A stretch of DNA of 64,000 nucleotides from Candidatus Parcubacteria bacterium (GCA_039795895.1 JBDKKW010000002.1:7347-71346), one strand, 5' to 3'. Positions 18,770-28,508 are shown, counted from the stretch's first letter. Numbers and translations are program-made. Notes: generated by a model not told the origin, from the sequence alone.

Positions 18770-19015
18770 CTAGTTGGTCTTGGTCATGTGCCTGATTACT
18801 TCGGTGGCAAGTGAGAGGAGATATGGGAGAACCTTATCGACATAATGTCGAGTCAGACTCTTCTTTTTATCTTTCTCAATGGCCTCCTCGTAAAGAGCGC
18901 GTGTACGTACCAACAAGCCTGCGAGCGCCTTGCAGCGCTTGCAGTGTGGTGAAGGTTGCCATTTTTTGAGAGCAATGGTCAGCTCTTCGTACATCTTATT
19001 CTCGTAATGAGACAT
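18770..19015 (-). CDS. Small hypothetical protein (81 aa) at the head of the RT operon
   Basis: Same strand as the RT, 33 nt upstream of the helix-turn-helix gene, with a CKRCK motif. It could instead be non-coding. Confidence 0.35.
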   Translation of the reverse strand: MSHYENKMYEELTIALKKWQPSPHCKRCKALAGLLVRTRALYEEAIEKDKKKSLTRHYVDKVLPYLLSLATEVIRHMTKTN

Positions 19016-19189
19016 ATTTTTGAATGTTTAGGGACGTGCCGAGTTTCAGACATGACAGTCATTCAGACTTCCTAGCGGCTAATAATAATACCGGTACATT
19101 CAAGCGACAACAAAAACTAAACAGGCCGCGGGTTCCTAACCTTACACCTAAAATCATCCACGGCCTGCTAGCTTTCGCTGGGCCTGACT

Positions 19190-19330
19190 GCACCGATTGA
19201 CAGATGAGCAGTATGATGACTGATATGCATGCTGGATGCTTCGTCGTGTCTGTCGTCATGTGCTTAAGCACATTGCGACATGCACGAGACAGCTAGCAGC
19301 GTGCATCATGGTCATGTTGGTGGGTGGGAC
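19190..19330 (-). ncRNA. Candidate retron non-coding RNA (msr/msd-like long imperfect hairpin)
   Basis: About 95-nt imperfect palindrome centred on catgtgcttaagcacatg; the arms match at about 75% when folded by eye. It lies in a 540-bp non-coding region upstream of the RT operon. Confidence 0.4.
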
Positions 19331-19584
19331 TGACGTCCAAAGACGTTATGGAAAAATCCATAAAAAGGCATTTCTGCCTGTTGTTAGGGCGGCTTGTATT
19401 CAAACCTTCACTTTTTACGTTGATGACAAGGTGCTAGGAGAGTCAAAGACTTTCCAGAGGAGCGAACTCCTCCGCTATCCATTATTTCAAACTCTAACTT
19501 TTTGTCAATGCCCTAAAAGTGTATAAGGTACTAACAACCCCACGTCACTCCTGAAGCAAAAGGACTTCTGTACAATATAAATTC

Positions 19585-19611
19585 AAAACCCCGCCAACTT
19601 CGTTGGCGGGG
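19585..19611 (-). terminator. Rho-independent terminator for the ddl/small-ORF transcript
   Basis: ccccgccaacttcgttggcgggg with a T-run on the minus strand. Confidence 0.65.
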
Positions 19612-19616
19612 TGATC

Positions 19617-19793
19617 TTACAAACGCTTCTTCCGACGGATTTTCCAGGTAGGTCTCTTGGGGAGGGTCTGATCCCGAGCTGCCTCAATCCGATTAAACTT
19701 TTCCACCTGACACTGCTGGCAGGAACAATGGTACCCCACTGCATCCCCCGTCACACAGCCCGCATGATTCCCAGACCGACAAGCCTGACACAT
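19617..19793 (-). CDS. Small Cys-rich basic protein (58 aa), hypothetical
   Basis: Hand translation: MCQACRSGNHAGCVTGDAVGYHCSCQQCQVEKFNRIEAARDQTLPKRPTWKIRRKKRL. It lies between ddl and the terminator and falls below the ORF-track length cutoff. Confidence 0.3.
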   Translation of the reverse strand: MCQACRSGNHAGCVTGDAVGYHCSCQQCQVEKFNRIEAARDQTLPKRPTWKIRRKKRL

Positions 19794-19841
19794 CTTCTAT
19801 CCTTTCATTTTTAGAACATTTCTAAATGCAAACTATCAGAT

Positions 19842-20813
19842 TTACTTCTTCATCGCAAGCTTAAGCGTGTGCCCAATAAATTCAGACAAAGAGCTTCCTA
19901 CCGCACCCAATGCCTTTGGAAAAAGAGAGGTCTTGGTCAGTCCCGGTAAAGTGTTTACCTCCAAAAAATACACCCCCCGGCGCGGATGGACAATAAAATC
20001 AGAACGTGAGTAATGCTTGAGTCCGAGTATTTTGTGTACTGCCATCGCCGAATCCTGAATCAATTTTTTCTCAGCCGATGTAAATGTGCCCGGACACAAC
20101 TCGGTGACTTCCCCACTATATTTACTAGTATAATCAAAAAGCACTCCTTCTTTTTTTGGCAACACAATCTCCACCGGCATCAGCGCATACAAATCCTGCC
20201 CTCGGAATCGTTCAATCACGCCACAGGTCGCTTCTTTGCCCAGGATATATTCCTCAATCAACGCCTCAGGTGCGTATTCAAACGCGTGTACGAGCGCACG
20301 AGAGAGTTCAGGGAGTGTCTTTGCGACAGATACCCCGACCGACGAGCCCGACGAGACAGGCTTTACAATCGCAGGCATCGGAAAGGTTTTAAATAGCTCA
20401 ACTACTTTCGCATGCGTCAGCTCGGTGTGCTTGAGCGTGAGGTAATGTGGAGTCTTGATACCCTGCGCTTTGGATAATTTCTTGGTCAGGGCTTTATTCA
20501 TCCCAATCGCTGAAGCGAGCGCGCCCGATCCGGTATACGGGACACCAAAACTATCGAGTAGCTTTTGCAATTTCCCATCTTCGCCAAATTCGCCGTGAAG
20601 AGCATTGAAAACCACATCTACTTTTTTCAAAATATCTTTCGGCTCTCGACGCACACCTTCAAAATGCCAGTTGCCCGCTTTATCAATAAAAATATCATGA
20701 CCGGTGTATTCTTCCGGCAAGCTATCGAGCACGGTACGACCCGTCTTCAAAGAGACCTCAAATTCTGATGAGGGTCCGCCGGATAAAACCGCCACACGAG
20801 TCTTTCTAAACAT
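19842..20813 (-). CDS. ddl: D-alanine--D-alanine ligase
   Basis: ATP-grasp motifs. The N-terminus MFRKTRVAVLSGGPSSEFEVSL is typical of Ddl. The ORF-track extension to 20897 runs into an upstream repeat. Confidence 0.85.
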   Translation of the reverse strand: MFRKTRVAVLSGGPSSEFEVSLKTGRTVLDSLPEEYTGHDIFIDKAGNWHFEGVRREPKDILKKVDVVFNALHGEFGEDGKLQKLLDSFGVPYTGSGALASAIGMNKALTKKLSKAQGIKTPHYLTLKHTELTHAKVVELFKTFPMPAIVKPVSSGSSVGVSVAKTLPELSRALVHAFEYAPEALIEEYILGKEATCGVIERFRGQDLYALMPVEIVLPKKEGVLFDYTSKYSGEVTELCPGTFTSAEKKLIQDSAMAVHKILGLKHYSRSDFIVHPRRGVYFLEVNTLPGLTKTSLFPKALGAVGSSLSEFIGHTLKLAMKK

Positions 20814-20835
20814 ATAAGTAGGACTAAAATTAGCG

Positions 20836-20905
20836 CACTTCTTCGTTGCTTCACTCGTTTGCTCCCGCGCAGTAGGTCTTCTACAGCTTGGTTGCAAGCC
20901 TCGCT
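20836..20905. repeat. GC-rich intergenic repeat, diverged copy 2 (55-bp core)
   Basis: gctcccgcgcagtaggtcttctacagcttggtt...ctga matches the core of copies 1 and 3; it lies 23 nt upstream of the ddl start. Confidence 0.65.
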
Positions 20906-21194
20906 CGCACCTGATTCAGTAGAATCACCTACTGGGTCGAATTGCATCTAATTTTAATTCCTACTCAGTATACCACCTGACACAAATACAAAATCCCCAG
21001 AAAAGAAAAGGCCCATCTCGAAGGGATCGAGATGGGCCAAGCGGGGGAATTTTAGAAAAGTCTGTTATGTAAGTCGCACGACGGACTAGACTAACCTTCC
21101 CCCTGTGCCACTGTGAGAGCAGTGACCGTGCGTGCACTGTAGCACATATTATTAAAAAAGCAATACAAGCAAGCCTTAATCAAAAAATACCCTT

Positions 21195-22427
21195 TTAATC
21201 GGGCATTTTTCCACGAAGCTTGCGATGATAACCAATACCAAATCGGTGCGACTCGGCATTTGCCAAAAGGACGGCTTTTCGGTGTTTGACCCCAAGCGCA
21301 GTGTCTCCCAAAAGGTGACTCGGCCGATGCTTTTCATTTTTCACCACCGACACAATACCCGCTTCTGGGAACACCGGTGTGACTAGGGTGCGTGCCACAC
21401 GAAGCTGTGCTTTGCCACCATCCACCACCACCAAGTCTGGAGTGGACCACTCTGTGTGTGTGAGTCGTCGAGTCAAAATCTCTTTGAGTGCACCTACATC
21501 ATCATTTTTCTCCACCGACAATTTAAATTTTCGATATTCAGATTTTTCCACTTCCCCATTGATCACGACCGTCATTACCCCCACCACATCTTTCCCGCTG
21601 GTATGTGCCACGTCATAGCTTTCAATACGAAATGGTTTGCCGAGAGCGCCCGTGGTCACCGAATCATCTTCCCCAATCAACGCTACGTCCTGGATATGTT
21701 CGAGCGCAAAAAGAGTATTCTTAATCTTCCCCGCTTCTTCAAACTCCTGCTTCTTTGCAAGCGCATCCATCTCCCGTGTCAGTGTCTGCACGAGAGCTTT
21801 TTTCTTTCCAGATAAAAAGAGTTCGATGTGCTGTATCGTTTTTGCATATTCTTTTTCTGAAATCCGACCGATGCAGACCCCCGGGCAGAGACCAATGTGA
21901 TAGTTGAAGCACGCCTTGCCTTGATTTGACACACACTTTTCGTCTCGGTACGGGAAGATTTTGCGGATGATTTTGAGGGCGGTCTTAAGCTGAGAAGAAC
22001 GAGGATAGGGACCGAAGGAAGTTGATAGTTGATAGTTTTTAGTTGATAGCGGGGAAAGAAGATCTTTTTTACGGAAAGTGACAACACGTGGAAAAGCTTC
22101 GTCGGTGATGCCGACCAGCAGGAAACTCCGATTATCTTTTTCTTTAGTATTGAAATACGGCTGATGCTTTTTGATCAGCTCCACTTCGAGTAACATTGCC
22201 TCGAGCACCGAGTCTGTCTCCTGCCACTTGATCTCTTTTGCCTTAAACACCATATCTACCAACAGCGGTCCACGGGTAGCAATCAGATCTGGTCCAAAAT
22301 AGCTCTTCACTCGATCTTTGAGCGATGTCGCCTTACCGATATACAAAATCTCCTTCTTGTCTCCCAAGAAGAAGTACACGCCCGGGGTGTCAGGAATATG
22401 GAGTTTTTCGAAATCTTGAAGATGCAT
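21195..22427 (-). CDS. uvrC: UvrC-like excinuclease subunit (GIY-YIG plus RNase H-like endonuclease domains, no C-terminal HhH)
   Basis: N-terminal GIY-YIG motifs (PGVYFFLGDKKEILYIGKATSLKDRVKSYF), Cys cluster CFNYHIGLCPGVC, and a C-terminal endonuclease domain (DVAHTSGKDVVGVM). It is 410 aa, against about 600 for canonical UvrC. Confidence 0.78.
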   Translation of the reverse strand: MHLQDFEKLHIPDTPGVYFFLGDKKEILYIGKATSLKDRVKSYFGPDLIATRGPLLVDMVFKAKEIKWQETDSVLEAMLLEVELIKKHQPYFNTKEKDNRSFLLVGITDEAFPRVVTFRKKDLLSPLSTKNYQLSTSFGPYPRSSQLKTALKIIRKIFPYRDEKCVSNQGKACFNYHIGLCPGVCIGRISEKEYAKTIQHIELFLSGKKKALVQTLTREMDALAKKQEFEEAGKIKNTLFALEHIQDVALIGEDDSVTTGALGKPFRIESYDVAHTSGKDVVGVMTVVINGEVEKSEYRKFKLSVEKNDDVGALKEILTRRLTHTEWSTPDLVVVDGGKAQLRVARTLVTPVFPEAGIVSVVKNEKHRPSHLLGDTALGVKHRKAVLLANAESHRFGIGYHRKLRGKMPD

Positions 22428-22504
22428 ATGCTTGACAAATACGAGCCATTACTCTACCATAACATCGGAACAAAACAAAAACCAATACAAGGAAAGGCAC
22501 AGAA

Positions 22505-22828
22505 ATGCGGGCTACGCTAACTATTCATCAAGTGGATTTGAGACAGACCCACCTCCCGGAGATAATCGGAATGATCGAGTGTGCACTTGGTACATTCGAA
22601 AGTAAGCATCACTGTCTCGAGAACACGCTGTGGGGCATCACAATTATCGACCGGCCTGATGACGACCTCTTTTTCAATTTTCGCAGACACGCCGGACCCG
22701 AAAGGAAAGGCATTCTCTTCATCAGCGAAAAGTGCGAAACGGTCCCGCTCGGTGTTGTCGTCTGTACCCCCGAAGACACCTTCGAACGCACCACCGAGCT
22801 CCTGAACCAGATGTTCGGCAAGCAATAG
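22505..22828 (+). CDS. Hypothetical protein
   Basis: 107-aa ORF. The plus-strand terminator at 22840-22877 supports this strand over the overlapping minus-strand ORF. Confidence 0.4.
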   Translation: MRATLTIHQVDLRQTHLPEIIGMIECALGTFESKHHCLENTLWGITIIDRPDDDLFFNFRRHAGPERKGILFISEKCETVPLGVVVCTPEDTFERTTELLNQMFGKQ

Positions 22829-22839
22829 CTCTTCCACCC

Positions 22840-22877
22840 CGGCAAATCAGTCTCTGATTTGCCGGTTTTCTTTTGTT
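22840..22877 (+). terminator. Rho-independent terminator
   Basis: ccggcaaatcagtctctgatttgccgg followed by ttttctttt. Confidence 0.6.
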
Positions 22878-22933
22878 CTATTCTCTCTCCCCCGGTCTAA
22901 TGTCTAGTGTCTAACTACTAATATCTTCTCCTC

Positions 22934-25540
22934 CTACTTCTTCAGCATCTTCTTCAAATACTTCCCTGTATGTGACTCCTCCACCCTCGCCACATCTTCC
23001 GGCGTACCTTTCGCTACTACTTTTCCTCCACCAACCCCTCCCTCAGGTCCAATATCAATCACATAATCCGCGCACTTGATAATATCCAAGTTGTGTTCAA
23101 TCACCATCACCGTGTTGCCGTGATCAGTGAGCTTTTGCAAAATCTCGATCAATTTTTTCACATCTTCGTAGTGGAGACCGATCGTTGGCTCATCCAAAAG
23201 ATAAATCGTCTTTTGAATATGCGGACGATAGAGCTCTGAAGAAATCTTTACGCGCTGAGCCTCGCCTCCTGAGAGCGTGGTCGCTGACTGACCAAGCTCA
23301 AGATAGCCCAAGCCTACTTCATTGAGCGTGCGAATACGATCTGAAATCGAAGGAATGTCATCAAAAAAGGTTACCGCTTCTTCGACAGTCATTTTGAGCA
23401 CGTCATAAATACTTTTCTTTTTGTATTTAATTTCAAGCGTCTCTTTGGTAAAGCGTTTACCCTGACAGACATCACACGGCACGTACACCGTCGGCAAGAA
23501 GTGCATTTCCACTGCAATCTCACCGTTCCCCTGACAGGTCTCACATCGCCCACCTTTCACATTGAAAGAAAATCGGCTCGCTCCCCAACCACGCGCTTTC
23601 GCCTCAGCACTTTCAGCAAACATATCTCGAATAAAGGTCCACGCGCCGGTATAGGTCGCAGGATTTGACCGCGGAGTACGTCCGATCGCCGATTGATCGA
23701 TCAAAATCACTCGACTCACATATTCAGCACCCAAGAAAGAGGCACAGTTAAACGTCTGAGGACTACGATAGCGACGCTCCAGTCGTGCTTGAAGATTTTT
23801 GTGCACGATCTCGTACATAAACGAAGACTTGCCCGAGCCAGACACGCCGGTCACCGCTACTAATTTGCCGAGTGGAATATCGGCATTCAAGTTTTTAATA
23901 TTAAATACATTACCCCCGCGAATCAGAATTCGTCCACGATCCACATCGCGCCGCTTTTTTGGCACTTCGATTTGTGCATCGCCTCGCAAGTAGTCGAGGG
24001 TGAGCGAGCCAGACGTATTTTTCTTGGCAGTGAGTAATTCATCCAAATAGCCCGCCACCACCACTTCTCCGCCGTGAATCCCCGCTCCCGGACCAATGTC
24101 GACAATATAGTCGGATGAAAAAATGGTATCTTCGTCGTGCTCTACCACAATAATCGTGTTGCCGATGTCGCGAAGGTGGAGCAAGGTCTTAATCAAGCGA
24201 TCGTTGTCTCGAGAGTGGAGACCAATCGTCGGCTCATCGAGCACGTAGAGCGCACCAACCAAGCCACTCCCAAGCTGAGAAGCAAGACGAATACGCTGAG
24301 CCTCACCTCCTGAGAGCGTGTGCGCTCGTCGATCGAGGGTCAAATACTCAATCCCCACGTTGATCATAAAGGAAAGTCGAGCCTGGATTTCTTTGATCAC
24401 TACTTTTGAAATTTCCTGTTCGACTTTGTTGAGTTTGATTTCTTTAAAATATGTGTCGCAGGCGTCAATCGAAAGTCCCGTCACCTCCACAATATTTTTG
24501 CCTCCGATTCGCACAAACAACGCTTCTTTGCGGAGGCGCGAGCCATGACAGACTTCACACGCATCCTCAGTGTTGTCACCAAAAAGGTGCTTGGTTCCAA
24601 GACCTTTACACTCTTCGCAGGCACCATACGGCGAGTTGAAAGAAAATAGTCGTGGCTCGACTTCTGGATACGAGTAGCCATCGTACGGACACATAAATTT
24701 GACCGACATCAGTGTCTCACCCTCGGGAGTCTCGATTTTGAGCAAGCCACCAGATTTATCAATTGCTTTTTCGATAGCCTCACTCACACGCTCGCGAGCG
24801 TTGCCTGGAGCAGTTTTAAATTCACTGACAAATAGCTCATCTACCAGCACGTCGATATTGTGCTTTTTGTTTTTCGACAAGATGATTTGCTCGCGGAGCT
24901 TTTTGAGCTCACCATCGATTTTCACTTGCTCGTAGCCTTCACCGAGGAGATCGTAGAGCAACTGATAGTATTCCCCTTTTCGGCCCACCACGATTGGTGA
25001 GAAGATTTTGATTTTAGAGTTGGTCACATCGACTCCCATCACTTTTTTACTGGTCGTATCAAAACCACCACTAGTCACCTTTTTGATAATGGTTTCCAAA
25101 ATTTCTTCATTCGACAATTTTTTGATTTCTCGGTCACAGACGAGACAATGTGGCCGACCGATACGCGCATAGAGCACACGCAAGTAGTCGTAGATTTCGG
25201 TAATAGTCGCAACCGTTGATCGAGGATTGTTTGAACGAGATTTTTGATCAATCGAAATAGCTGGAGACAATCCGATGATTTCATCAACATCTGGCTTCTG
25301 CATCTGACGGAGAAATTGTCGGGCATACGAAGAAAGCGACTCCACATACTTTCGCTGACCCTCGGCAAAGATAGTATCAAAGGCAAGCGATGATTTCCCC
25401 GAACCAGACAGACCGGTAAACACCACCATCTTGTTGCGTGGCATTTCGACTGAAATATCTTTGAGATTGTGTGTGCGAGCTCCTCGAATAATAATCTTCT
25501 CCGCTTCGCCTTCGCCTTTTTTATGTGAGTCTTTGTTCAT
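22934..25540 (-). CDS. uvrA: Excinuclease ABC subunit A
   Basis: 868 aa with two ABC ATPase modules ([14 protein letters not shown] and [14 protein letters not shown] Walker A motifs, LSGGE signatures) and zinc-finger Cys clusters. Confidence 0.9.
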   Translation of the reverse strand: MNKDSHKKGEGEAEKIIIRGARTHNLKDISVEMPRNKMVVFTGLSGSGKSSLAFDTIFAEGQRKYVESLSSYARQFLRQMQKPDVDEIIGLSPAISIDQKSRSNNPRSTVATITEIYDYLRVLYARIGRPHCLVCDREIKKLSNEEILETIIKKVTSGGFDTTSKKVMGVDVTNSKIKIFSPIVVGRKGEYYQLLYDLLGEGYEQVKIDGELKKLREQIILSKNKKHNIDVLVDELFVSEFKTAPGNARERVSEAIEKAIDKSGGLLKIETPEGETLMSVKFMCPYDGYSYPEVEPRLFSFNSPYGACEECKGLGTKHLFGDNTEDACEVCHGSRLRKEALFVRIGGKNIVEVTGLSIDACDTYFKEIKLNKVEQEISKVVIKEIQARLSFMINVGIEYLTLDRRAHTLSGGEAQRIRLASQLGSGLVGALYVLDEPTIGLHSRDNDRLIKTLLHLRDIGNTIIVVEHDEDTIFSSDYIVDIGPGAGIHGGEVVVAGYLDELLTAKKNTSGSLTLDYLRGDAQIEVPKKRRDVDRGRILIRGGNVFNIKNLNADIPLGKLVAVTGVSGSGKSSFMYEIVHKNLQARLERRYRSPQTFNCASFLGAEYVSRVILIDQSAIGRTPRSNPATYTGAWTFIRDMFAESAEAKARGWGASRFSFNVKGGRCETCQGNGEIAVEMHFLPTVYVPCDVCQGKRFTKETLEIKYKKKSIYDVLKMTVEEAVTFFDDIPSISDRIRTLNEVGLGYLELGQSATTLSGGEAQRVKISSELYRPHIQKTIYLLDEPTIGLHYEDVKKLIEILQKLTDHGNTVMVIEHNLDIIKCADYVIDIGPEGGVGGGKVVAKGTPEDVARVEESHTGKYLKKMLKK

Positions 25541-26177
25541 AGTTATATATATGTGTGGACGCCCCAGACGCGACGTCTAGGGGTATATAGCGACAATCCT
25601 ACACTGATATAGGCATTGTGGCAATCAACTTGACATCTGATCGAAACTGAGTACTCTGTACCTCAGAACTTGAGGTTGGTAGATAGCTTCCTGTCACACA
25701 GGAAGAACCTTGATGTAAAGAAGAGTGACACGAAAAAAATGGAGACCAGTGAACTGATCTTGGGGCTTTCGAGCCTCACTGGGAACCCTCTATCCGTGAC
25801 TTCTTTGCTCCGTGGTCAAGCACGCTACGCAAGTAGCTGGCAAGGCCTCTACCCTTGGGCGCGAAAACCTGGGGTGGTGGTTGGAGTGACATCGGTGTAT
25901 CAGTTCTGTTTACAAACGAACAAGAAAATCTCGACAACGTCCTGGACAGTTCTCGCATTCGAGATTGCCCTCATGGCAGTCTCACACGGATTGAACCCCG
26001 TGCAGTAATGGAGAAGGCTATCAGGTAACGACGGCGAGATTTTTTCATCTGAAGTGTACGCTCATGCGCACAATTGCACTATTGTTCGGAGGGAAACCAA
26101 TCGCAAGTACGAAGCTCCGCAGGCACCTGCGGAGCTTTTTTCACTCTTGACTCTTTGGAGAATATCCGGTAGTCTCA

Positions 26178-26489
26178 ATGGCGGAATACAGAACAAAAGC
26201 TACAAAAGAAAGAGAGAAAATTATGGATGCCCCAAACACAGATCTTGCTAGCCGAATTGCCGGGATTTTAAAAGAGGCACCGGTGGGAAGCGCGACCAGA
26301 CAATTGGTAAATTGGCATGGAAAGGAACTGGAAAAGGGTATGACTTCAATCAACGTTACCGGCACCAGTGGCGTAACCCACCCCGAACAACTGAGTGACA
26401 CTGAACTCGCTTCCGTCATCGAAGAACACGCGGCTGAATTCATGCGCATGGTCAATGCCCCCACAGTCCCCGATCGCGAACTCCTCTGA
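26178..26489 (+). CDS. Hypothetical protein
   Basis: 103 aa; followed by a plus-strand terminator at 26508-26544. Confidence 0.45.
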   Translation: MAEYRTKATKEREKIMDAPNTDLASRIAGILKEAPVGSATRQLVNWHGKELEKGMTSINVTGTSGVTHPEQLSDTELASVIEEHAAEFMRMVNAPTVPDRELL

Positions 26490-26507
26490 CTCACACCGAG
26501 TCATCAA

Positions 26508-26544
26508 CCTCATTTCAGCCATGGCTGAAATGGGGTTTTATTTT
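26508..26544 (+). terminator. Rho-independent terminator
   Basis: cctcatttcagccatggctgaaatgggg followed by ttttatttt. Confidence 0.65.
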
Positions 26545-26571
26545 GAACAATTCAAGACTTAAAAAGATATT

Positions 26572-26598
26572 AAAAAGCCCGCCATACGTGTGGCGGGC
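26572..26598 (-). terminator. Rho-independent terminator (minus strand)
   Basis: gcccgccatacgtgtggcgggc with a T-run on the minus strand. Confidence 0.5.
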
Positions 26599-26875
26599 TC
26601 GTTCGTCCATTTCTTCTTGCCGTAAGAACGATTCGGCAAGTATAGCCCGTGGCCTACTTTCCCGAAACCGGGCCAACCTCGGGAATCACTTATTCAGTGT
26701 GGCCTTATAGTACAGGACAAGAAAATCTTGTCAAATTATAACCACCGTATTCAGAGAATCAGTAAAACGGTACTAGATACGAGGCACGGGAGGATTTTCG
26801 ACTGAGCCATATTGGACATATGGTGAATAGAAAATCCGAACCGCAACAAAGTAGATGGCACCGTTTTGCTGATTC

Positions 26876-27889
26876 TTACCTTTTCGTGATGATGCTCTTT
26901 TTATAGGTATCGAGATGATCCAGTGCCACTCCCGTCCCCTTCACCACACAAAACAGCGCATCCTCCGCCAAAATCGCTTTTACTCCAGTACGTCGATAGA
27001 CAAGCTCCGGCAAATTGCGAAGCATAGAAGATCCGCCTGTCATAATAATTCCCTTATCAATAATATCCGCCGCGAGCTCGGGTGGAGTCTCTTGCAACAC
27101 ATCTTTGATTGCCTTAATCATATCGCGAAGCTCACGCGCAATCGCCTTCACGATTTCGTTGGTTTTAATTTCCGCGGTACGAGGCAGTCCCGAGAGAAAA
27201 TCTCGCCCCTTGATCACCATAGTCAACTCTTCATCGAGTGGTACCGCTGAGCCAACCTTAATTTTAATTTCTTCTGCTGTCTGATCACCAATCGCAAGGT
27301 TGAATGTCTTTTTAATATAGTCCGCAATCGCCGCATCAATACGATTACCCGCACACTTCACCGAAGTCGAAGCCACAATCCCGCCGAGCGAGATCACCGC
27401 CACATCGGTCGTCCCTCCTCCGATGTCTACCACCATGTGACCAATCGGCTCGTAAATCGGGATACCCGCACCAATTGCAGCCAAAATTGGCTCCTTCACC
27501 ACGTAGGCATTTTTTGCCCCCGCACGCATTGCTGCTTCGATCACCGCGCGACGCTCAGTCGAAGTCACTCCCGCTGGCACCGACACCATCACGTCTGGTT
27601 TAAAAATATTCCATCGTCCGAGTGCTTTGCCGATAAAATAGCGGAGCATTGCTTCGGTCACGCGATAATCGGCAATCACCCCATCTTTCATCGGTCGGTA
27701 GGCAATAATACTCTCGGGTGTTTTACCAATCATATTTTTGGCATCCACTCCCACCGCCAAAATTTTATTATCCTGCTCAGAGACCGCCACCACCGATGGC
27801 TCGTTGAGCACAATCCCCTTGCCCGGCAAAAAGACCAGCGTATTCGCCGTACCTAAATCAATCCCCAATCGTTTTGAGAACATTCCCAT
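26876..27889 (-). CDS. MreB-like actin homolog (second paralog)
   Basis: LGIDLGTANTLVFLPGKGIVLNEPSVVAV ... DIGGGTTDVAVIS; 337 aa; stand-alone, with no adjacent mreCD. Confidence 0.85.
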   Translation of the reverse strand: MGMFSKRLGIDLGTANTLVFLPGKGIVLNEPSVVAVSEQDNKILAVGVDAKNMIGKTPESIIAYRPMKDGVIADYRVTEAMLRYFIGKALGRWNIFKPDVMVSVPAGVTSTERRAVIEAAMRAGAKNAYVVKEPILAAIGAGIPIYEPIGHMVVDIGGGTTDVAVISLGGIVASTSVKCAGNRIDAAIADYIKKTFNLAIGDQTAEEIKIKVGSAVPLDEELTMVIKGRDFLSGLPRTAEIKTNEIVKAIARELRDMIKAIKDVLQETPPELAADIIDKGIIMTGGSSMLRNLPELVYRRTGVKAILAEDALFCVVKGTGVALDHLDTYKKSIITKR

Positions 27890-27929
27890 AGATACTCCTA
27901 TACTAAGCCTTTTTAAGTATTTGTGATAG

Positions 27930-28499
27930 TTGACAAATAGTCAGCAAAGTATAGTGTGTAAAGTAGAAAAGTTGTTTGAGAAAGATGTACGTATGAAAAG
28001 AAAACCGAAAGTTAGATCTCACCCAAGGTCCTATCCCCCAGAAACAAAAATGGGAGATATGCCAATCTGGTGTCACCACCATTGTTACAAAATGTCGATC
28101 AAAGGAATCGGTACTTGGGGGAAATCAGTGATCCTCGCAGGAAGTGCCGCGGAGCTACATATCGCCTATGAACCAAACATCGCTCGCGCAGATGCTCCTT
28201 GGACATTGATCTGGGAAATCAGACACTCGCCCAAGGAAAAAGTGACCGGAACAGTCATCTTCACAACCGAAGACGTGCGACAGGCTTTTGGGCTGACCGA
28301 CAATCGTCCCGATGAAGAGAACTGGCTTCTCGAAAGGTTTGGTGGACAAGTGGCAAGCCAAGGTCACTATATCCGCTATGGACCATACCTCAATATCCCT
28401 GCCCCCGGGACTGGTCATGATGGGGATCCGAACATCTCAATCAAGATTGACCAGAAAATCAGAAGAGCTGTTGCTCGACTAATTACTGGCAAACTTTGA
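27930..28499 (+). CDS. Hypothetical protein
   Basis: 189-aa ORF. The start may be internal (MKRKPKV or MGDMPIW). A terminator follows. Confidence 0.45.
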   Translation: MTNSQQSIVCKVEKLFEKDVRMKRKPKVRSHPRSYPPETKMGDMPIWCHHHCYKMSIKGIGTWGKSVILAGSAAELHIAYEPNIARADAPWTLIWEIRHSPKEKVTGTVIFTTEDVRQAFGLTDNRPDEENWLLERFGGQVASQGHYIRYGPYLNIPAPGTGHDGDPNISIKIDQKIRRAVARLITGKL

Positions 28500-28508
28500 A
28501 CACTCGCC

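Noticed and set aside
22517-22837. Minus-strand ORF overlapping 22505-22828
   Set aside because: The only intrinsic terminator nearby (22840-22877) is oriented for the plus strand. Neither frame has recognisable motifs, so the plus-strand ORF was preferred at low confidence.
25541-26177. tmRNA, RNase P RNA or SRP RNA in the 640-bp gap
   Set aside because: I checked by eye for the tmRNA tRNA-like ends and tag reading frame, the RNase P P4 strands (GGAAAGUCCGGGCUCC / ACAGAAACCCGGCUUA) and SRP domain IV, and found none. The T-arm-like GGGGTTCAATCC does not form a proper 5-bp stem.
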